This document shows, in pieces, positions 62,997 to 64,000 of a DNA stretch of 64,000 bases; within the stretch, counting starts at the first letter, position 1, and every line of letters starts with the position of its first letter. The stretch lies in NCBI GenBank assembly GCA_000092065.1, contig CP000594.1; one strand, 5' to 3'. This DNA comes from Ostreococcus lucimarinus. Taxonomy: Eukaryota. The notes under the pieces are model-generated. The model was not told the origin of the DNA, ran no database searches, and worked only from the letters and a program-made list of their open reading frames with translations. Both the position numbers and the translations under genes were made by a program.

Positions 62997-63980
62997 TCAC
63001 GATCGAGTACCGAAGACAAAATTAGCGCACTTTTTTCTATCATCTGCAGAATGCGAGTTTGGCGCATTTTTTACTGCGTCGCAGTGTTTCTTAGCCGCTT
63101 TGCACTGTTTGGAGCAGACATGCGGACATGCTGCCACCCAGGTTGGGTTGGAACATAGATGGCGCCTGCCTTCCGGCTTGCCGCAGCCCCGCGGAATCGA
63201 TTCACAGGGAGCCATGTTGGGTAGATCAGGCGTTTCCCAGACGGTACCAGAGATACCATCGAAACCTGGGCACGTGTAATCGTCACTCAGAGTACAGCCA
63301 GTCGCCGCCGAGCCTTGACAAGATCTTTTCCAACCACCCAAACGCCTATGGCCCTTTGTACGCTTTTGGCAAGTACCCGTCGACACGTTGTACGCTTGTT
63401 TAGCTTCCTTAGTATCAAACGAGTGACACACGCATGAATCAATCAGTGGCAAAGCGCGGACCTGTACGGCCGGCTCATGCTCGCACGCCCAACACGAGTG
63501 TCCTCCAATACTGATCCCGAACCGCTGGCGCATCTCTGACGCGCAGACTTTCGCGCGTTCCTCCTCGTTGAGCTCCATTCCCGCGCAGGCACAAGCGCAC
63601 TGTGCACGCGACCACTCCACTCCATCTGTCGCACCAACATAACCTCTCATATCATTCTCCAGTTGGGCGTGTTGGTCGTGGCATATTCTCGCACACGCCG
63701 CGAATGTCTTCATAGATTCTGGTAGTCCGTAGTGCACCGCGGCCTGGGACACCGCGTCGTCATCCATGAGTTTCCACCCCGTGACCCCCGAGCTCACTGG
63801 CCGCCGCCGCCGCCCGAGCTCACTTGACGGTGCATCCAAATCACCGCCCGCATCGCCTGGGTCCGTCGCCACCGCCGTGAACGGCGCATCCGCGTCAACG
63901 CCCGCGGCGACGTTCAGCGCCGCGGCCCCCACGAACAGCGCCAACGTCAAAGGTGACACACATTGCCTTCGAAACCCCAT
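62997..63980 (-). CDS. Secreted Cys-rich protein (signal peptide; >25 Cys) of unknown family
   Basis: N-terminal LTLALFVGAAALNVAAG signal-like segment. Numerous CxxC/CxC spacings (CACACAG, CWACEHE, CVCHSFD, CPHVCSKQCKAAKKHC). Confidence 0.35.
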   Translation of the reverse strand: MGFRRQCVSPLTLALFVGAAALNVAAGVDADAPFTAVATDPGDAGGDLDAPSSELGRRRRPVSSGVTGWKLMDDDAVSQAAVHYGLPESMKTFAACARICHDQHAQLENDMRGYVGATDGVEWSRAQCACACAGMELNEEERAKVCASEMRQRFGISIGGHSCWACEHEPAVQVRALPLIDSCVCHSFDTKEAKQAYNVSTGTCQKRTKGHRRLGGWKRSCQGSAATGCTLSDDYTCPGFDGISGTVWETPDLPNMAPCESIPRGCGKPEGRRHLCSNPTWVAACPHVCSKQCKAAKKHCDAVKNAPNSHSADDRKKCANFVFGTRS

Positions 63981-64000
63981 CCCGCGCGCGCGATCTGCTT

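Overview
This window is a GC-rich (~65-70%) eukaryotic nuclear segment with lower-GC islands (~50% GC) at ~31.5-43.9 kb and ~58-63 kb. It is very gene-dense: about 35 protein-coding genes on both strands with short intergenic spacers. Almost all genes are single-exon, and only three short spliceosomal introns could be placed by homology. Compactness, GC content, rare introns and a permuted tRNA gene fit a Mamiellophyceae-type green picoalga such as Micromonas. That organism call is inference, not a database result.

Start coordinates in the supplied ORF track are unreliable, because the track calls TTG and GTG as Met. True ATG starts were re-derived by hand where possible, and hand-derived coordinates may be off by 1-2 nt.

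Recognisable genes, in order:
- an esterase D / S-formylglutathione hydrolase fragment, a convergent class III alcohol dehydrogenase (glutathione-dependent formaldehyde dehydrogenase) and a glutathione S-transferase, which together look like a formaldehyde-detoxification neighbourhood
- an RluA pseudouridine synthase, an ABC1/ADCK kinase, an EXS/ERD1 protein and an ARL8 GTPase
- a RUNKEL/ULK4-like kinase with HEAT repeats (1270 aa)
- a three-repeat MYB, a bZIP candidate, an ARID-Tudor-SAM protein and Tudor-SN/SND1
- a plastid-type 3-ketoacyl-ACP synthase
- a heavy-metal P1B-ATPase fused to a second metal-permease-like module through an (HS)8 linker
- a GT25-like glycosyltransferase and mitoribosomal mL41
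- an intronless 13.3-kb VPS13-family gene with Vps62-like repeats
- an ADF-H protein, RRP12, a PDZ protein, RRS1 and poly(A) polymerase
- a signal-peptide 2OG-oxygenase-DOMON fusion and Cys-rich secreted proteins.

The most unusual features are:
- a circularly permuted tRNA-Cys(GCA) gene (3' half upstream of the 5' half, junction at 37/38) with a tandem orphan copy of the 5' half
- the P1B-ATPase-permease fusion
- two hairpin / inverted-repeat elements in an AT-rich gene-free spacer
- a recurrent GTGCG 5' splice site in all three resolved introns.
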